From: the human T2T-CHM13v2.0 reference genome, Homo sapiens
Strand: one strand, 5' to 3'
DNA length: 64,000 nucleotides
NCBI RefSeq assembly: GCF_009914755.1
Contig: NC_060930.1
The position numbers and the translations under genes are program-made. How positions within the stretch are numbered: position 1 is the stretch's first letter; each line of letters opens with the position of its first letter. Under the pieces are notes generated by a model. That model searched no databases, was not told where the DNA came from, and saw only the letters and a list, made by a program, of their open reading frames with translations. This document shows positions 63,811 through 64,000 of this stretch, in pieces.

Positions 63811-64000
63811 AAAGCAAATTTCTCTTTTGCACCAGAGTGCAGTAGAACTAGGAGCAAGGGGTGAAATTATTGAGAAGTAAATTTGGATGAATATAAAAAT
63901 GTATTGCATAAGAATTACGGCTGTCAAAAAGTTGAGCAGCCTTACTTCAGACTTAATAAATCACAAATTATTGAAAGAGCTTAACTAAAGATTTTAGGGA

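Overview
Primate (most likely human) AT-rich, gene-poor genomic DNA, intergenic or deep intronic. I see no credible host protein-coding exon, RNA gene or CRISPR array, and nearly all supplied ORFs are repeat-derived or chance. The dominant feature is a ~13-kb cluster (26.9-39.8 kb) of endogenous retroviruses, all on the + strand. It comprises a 5'-truncated HERV-L (pro/pol/dUTPase plus an MLT2A2 3' LTR), an HML-3 solo LTR (MER9) inserted into that LTR with a perfect 6-bp TSD, and a near-complete 7.7-kb HERV-K(HML-5)/LTR22 provirus with both LTRs, a 6-bp TSD and a perfect tRNA-Met PBS. The HML-5 gag/pro/pol genes are dead. Its env, however, keeps a candidate splice donor and acceptor, a Kozak ATG and a 318-codon ORF (signal peptide plus most of SU) that stops before the furin site. 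This is the best, still speculative, candidate for something functional. The rest is L1, Alu, MaLR, MIR and MER5 relics, plus structural oddities: nested AT-rich palindromes, a two-level 71/11-bp repeat, two local templated duplications, a twin-primed L1, and a possible gene-conversion tract between the HML-5 LTRs. A repeat-poor zone at ~46-53 kb looks enhancer-like. Repeat subfamily names come from recalled consensus sequences, not a database search, and boundaries of old repeats are approximate.
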